DNA from: Terriglobia bacterium
GTDB lineage: Bacteria > Acidobacteriota > Terriglobia > 2-12-FULL-54-10
Assembly: GCA_963666975.2 (NCBI GenBank)
Contig: CAXVYR010000003.1
Location: forward strand, 1-64,000
DNA length: 64,000 bases
Direction of reading: 5' to 3'
The notes beneath the pieces are model-generated. The model searched no databases, was not told the DNA's origin, and was given only the letters and a program-made list of their open reading frames with translations. Shown piece by piece: positions 60,615-64,000 of this stretch. The position numbers were made by a program, and so were the translations under genes. The number at the start of each line of letters is the position of its first letter. The stretch's first letter is position 1.

Positions 60615-63600
60615 ATGAACCGCATTGTGCTTCATTGGTTTCTGCTTAGAGTCGTCGGCCGGCGCGTCATGCTGGGCTACGGTGTAGTCGCGCTTTTGTC
60701 GGTGGCGATTCTGGCGTCCCTGTACATGGCTTCGCGTTACGGTCTGGAAGCTTACGTTGACGACCAGCTCGGCCGGATTCCGTGGGAGATCTCCGTCATC
60801 CAGCGCGGCGAGACGTATCGCTATGCTGAACTTCAGGAAAAGTATCGGCAGCGCGCGGGTGTGCGCGAGGTGCAGGGGCTGGGCTTTCTGCGCGTGCGCA
60901 ACCTGTCGCCGGTGAGATTGGAGGCCGGGAACCAAGCCGTGCCCGTCCGCTGGATTGTGTTTGTTTCCGCCTCCAGCGAGGGATTATTGCCGCCGGAGCT
61001 GCGGAGAGGCCTCGAAGAGAACGGCGGTAGCGGCTCCTCGCCGCGGGTGATCGAAGCCGCGCTGGTGGGCGCTCCCGGAACAGCCGCAGGCGGCGGCAGC
61101 CTGGGAAGCATCCGCGCGGGCAGCGCGTTGCGCGTTTCCGTCGCTCTGGATCCGGAGGGGTTTGCCACGGTCCCGGACGATCATTCGCACGGTCCGGGGG
61201 CAATCGAACAGGACTCCTTACGCGTGCTGTTCGAAGGGGAACTGGCGAGCAACCCCCTGCAAATCGACCGGCAGGAGTTCAACCGGTGGATGTTGCGGGA
61301 GGTGGGGTCGTTGACGTACCTTCCCGAGGAATCCATCGTGCTGCCCGTGCCGATGGAGGATTTCCAGCGACTGGCCTCCCAGTTTCACGACCTGTTTCTG
61401 ACCTCCGAGGGAGTGCACGGAGGGGGAGCGGCGCCCACCTACGTGCCGGAAATGACCCACTTGATTGGCGTGGACCGGGAGCGGTTTGTTTCCACCTGGG
61501 ATCTGTACGGCTCGCTCCGGCGACTGGAGCCGGAGGTACGAGATATCTTCCGGGAAGCGCAGCGGCTGACGCCGTTTTCCTGGGCGAACAGCGATCTGGT
61601 TCTTTTGCTGTCCCGCATGAATGCGATTGCGCGGCTGATTAGCCTGGCGACGTTGCTGGTCTCGATTCCGCTGTTATGGATGGGGTGGGTGCTGGCGAGG
61701 TGGCTGGGGCGGCTGCTGGTTCTGGACCAGCGGCGGCTGATCGGCCTGGCCCTCATCCGGGGCGTTGCCAGCCGCGATGCGGGAAGGGCTGTTCTGTTGG
61801 CCCTTGGTTTAGGAGGCGCCATCGGTGGCTTGGCCGGCCTGCTTCTGGGCACCGGGCTTCCCATCCTGGGGTACTCTCTGGCGGGCCGCGCTGTGCCTCC
61901 GCAGATCGTATTGCTGGAGGCGGTGGTGTACTTCGGGGCTTTTCTGATCGTCGGGGTGGCTCTGGCGGTGCTGTCGGGACGGGATGTGCTCCGGTTTGTG
62001 CGCCGCCTGACGCCGCGGGAAGCCATCTCCAGGGCCGAGGGCGAAGCGGCGGAGAAGGCGGCCCCTGCGTTGTCGCGGTACGACGTGGGAAGTTTCCTGG
62101 TGGCGCTGGCGCTGGGAAGCTACAAGATCGGGTCGTGGATTGCCGGCCAGTCGCCCTTGCTTGACGCTTCGCGGGATCTTTTGCCCAACGGGGTGGTGCA
62201 GGCCCTGGTTGTCCTGGAGGGGGTCTTGAACTTTGTCGCTGTTCCGCTGTTGCTGTACGGGCTGGCGGGCTTGCTGCTCTGGAGAGTCGCCCTGGTCCAG
62301 AAAGTGATCGGCAAACTGACGGCTCCGCTGGTCGGGAGTCTGGATTGGTTTGTCAGCCAGTACATGGCGCTACGGCGCCAGCGGGTGGCGCAGCTTCTGT
62401 TCGTGGCGGGGATGGCGACGGCCCTGAGCCTGATGCCGCAGGTTGCCGGCGACGGTTTTTATGACCGGGTTGTCCGGGGGGTCAGAACGTCGCTGGGATC
62501 GGAGATGCTTTTGGAGTTCGACCTCCAGGCGCTGGGCAGCGATCTGGTAGGCCCGGCCGCCCTGGGCCGTTACCAGCAGGCGCTGCAGCCGCAAGTGAAC
62601 CGGTTGCGCGAGATGATCGCAAGCGATGACGATGTCGCGACCGTGGAAGTGATCCAGCAATTTCTGATTCCCAGCATCTACATACCGGGCCAGAGCGGCC
62701 TGCTGCTGAACCTGATCGAGGACCCCGGCCATTACCTGGCGATGGTGCAATACGAGGACGGCCTGGGGCTGACGCGGAGCTTCCCGGATGCGATCGCCTC
62801 GCTGGAGGACGGGAAGGTGCTGGGGTCGCTGGGGCTGTTCCGGCTGCGCGCCATCCAGCTGGAAAAACCGGTGATTCTCGGCTACGACTCCCGGGGCGAG
62901 GAAATCCTCTCCCAATTTGACGATATCGTGGCCTTCCTGCCGGGCCAGCCGGCGAGAGCCATTGAGCAGCGGGAGGGGTTCGCGACGGCTGAGATCGACT
63001 ACCTGAATTACCTGCTGACGGCAGATGCCCGCATGGTTTTCTCTCAGGAGCAGTTGTTGCAGTCACCCAATTTGCAGGAGTTGACCGTCGTGCCGTCCCG
63101 GGCTGTTTTCCTGATTACCACCCGGAACGGGGTTGCCGGCGCCGAGCTGGCCGCTCGTCTGAGCACGCGGCTTCCGTGGAAGGCCGAACAGGCCCGGTGG
63201 GAAGCGGCGGAACGCGAGCGCCTGGGAAAAGACATGTTCGTGTCGCTGGCGATGGAAAACATGCGGGTCTACATGATCGGGAGCCTGCTGCTGGCATGTG
63301 CCAGCGTGGGGGCCATCGCGTTGTCGAACTTTGTGGCAGACCGGCGCACCTTCGGGCTGCTGCGGCTGCGGGGGGTGGCGCCGTCACTGCTGCTGCGGAT
63401 TACCCTGTCGTTCTTCCTCCTGCCCGTTATGGCGGGCGTGCTGGTGGGCATCGCCGTGGGGGCGGTCTCGGGCTTCGGCTTGTCACAGGCCATCTGGGAT
63501 CTGCCGCGTGTGCACGGGATCGGCGACTTTCTGTCCAACCAGCTGATCTTCTCGGCAACAGCTGGGGTGATCACCGTAACGCTGATCGCCATCTTTGCCG

Positions 63601-63668
63601 CCTTGGCATGGGGCATTGGGGTCTGGCTGTTCCGGAGGACGGCGCGAGAGGCGATTCGGGAGGGGTAA
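60615..63668 (+). CDS. Large FtsX/MacB-like ABC permease (two permease repeats)
   Basis: QRRLIGLALIRGV and RRTFGLLRLRGV repeats, multiple TM helices, two large extracytoplasmic loops. Confidence 0.8.
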   Translation: MNRIVLHWFLLRVVGRRVMLGYGVVALLSVAILASLYMASRYGLEAYVDDQLGRIPWEISVIQRGETYRYAELQEKYRQRAGVREVQGLGFLRVRNLSPVRLEAGNQAVPVRWIVFVSASSEGLLPPELRRGLEENGGSGSSPRVIEAALVGAPGTAAGGGSLGSIRAGSALRVSVALDPEGFATVPDDHSHGPGAIEQDSLRVLFEGELASNPLQIDRQEFNRWMLREVGSLTYLPEESIVLPVPMEDFQRLASQFHDLFLTSEGVHGGGAAPTYVPEMTHLIGVDRERFVSTWDLYGSLRRLEPEVRDIFREAQRLTPFSWANSDLVLLLSRMNAIARLISLATLLVSIPLLWMGWVLARWLGRLLVLDQRRLIGLALIRGVASRDAGRAVLLALGLGGAIGGLAGLLLGTGLPILGYSLAGRAVPPQIVLLEAVVYFGAFLIVGVALAVLSGRDVLRFVRRLTPREAISRAEGEAAEKAAPALSRYDVGSFLVALALGSYKIGSWIAGQSPLLDASRDLLPNGVVQALVVLEGVLNFVAVPLLLYGLAGLLLWRVALVQKVIGKLTAPLVGSLDWFVSQYMALRRQRVAQLLFVAGMATALSLMPQVAGDGFYDRVVRGVRTSLGSEMLLEFDLQALGSDLVGPAALGRYQQALQPQVNRLREMIASDDDVATVEVIQQFLIPSIYIPGQSGLLLNLIEDPGHYLAMVQYEDGLGLTRSFPDAIASLEDGKVLGSLGLFRLRAIQLEKPVILGYDSRGEEILSQFDDIVAFLPGQPARAIEQREGFATAEIDYLNYLLTADARMVFSQEQLLQSPNLQELTVVPSRAVFLITTRNGVAGAELAARLSTRLPWKAEQARWEAAERERLGKDMFVSLAMENMRVYMIGSLLLACASVGAIALSNFVADRRTFGLLRLRGVAPSLLLRITLSFFLLPVMAGVLVGIAVGAVSGFGLSQAIWDLPRVHGIGDFLSNQLIFSATAGVITVTLIAIFAALAWGIGVWLFRRTAREAIREG

Positions 63669-63688
63669 AGAGAGGGGTAAAGAAAAGA

Positions 63689-64000
63689 ATGGTGATGAGG
63701 AGTCTGTTCCGCCGGTCGGGGATGGAGTGTTCTATCCGGGGGTTGGTGAAGCAATACGAAGTTGGTGACAGTATCTATCCGGTCTTAAAAGGGATCAACT
63801 GCGATATGCAGCCCGGGCAAGTGGCCATCATCCAGGGTCCCAGCGGATGCGGCAAGACTACTTTTCTAAATTTGCTGGGAGGCATCGACGAGCCGGACGG
63901 CGGCCAGATCCGAATCGGCGGGGTTAATCTGGAAAGGGTTGAGTCCGACTTGGCCCGTTACCGGCTGTTGGACGTGGGGTTCGTGTTCCAGGCCTTCAAT
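63689..64000 (+). CDS. LolD/MacB-type ABC ATP-binding protein, partial (not in ORF track)
   Basis: Manual translation: VLKGINCD..IQGPSGCGKTTFLNLLGGID..VGFVFQAFN. Confidence 0.9.
   Translation, partial: MVMRSLFRRSGMECSIRGLVKQYEVGDSIYPVLKGINCDMQPGQVAIIQGPSGCGKTTFLNLLGGIDEPDGGQIRIGGVNLERVESDLARYRLLDVGFVFQAFN

Overview
Bacterial window, probably Acidobacteriota (inferred from three Oar-like TonB-dependent receptors and the IS types). A short housekeeping block (29.4-36.3 kb: bfr, GGDEF cyclase, Lrp/AsnC, cytochrome c, hpt, lysA, an SDR with an internal UGA, tRNA-Arg-UCU) separates two IS-rich accessory regions. The left region holds a translationally coupled three-gene operon (unknown protein, double-HKD PLD nuclease split by IS256, SNF2-like helicase absent from the ORF track) that resembles an Azaca-type defence system. 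It also holds an IS1380 nested in another IS1380, four tandem mosaic secreted amidohydrolases and two TonB-dependent receptors. The right region holds a decayed integrative element at the 5' side of tRNA-Arg (integrase, excisionase, VirB11, truncated VirD4), IS remnants and MITEs, msrP and an IS1202-group element. It ends with the best candidate for an undescribed system: a TonB-dependent receptor, six exported paralogs of an M29/NicX-like fold with His-rich metal motifs (two soluble, four lipoproteins, plus a deleted relic), a secreted cohesin-like protein ending in CFFFTH, a large FtsX-type permease and an ABC ATPase. All family calls come from motif recognition by eye; no searches were run.
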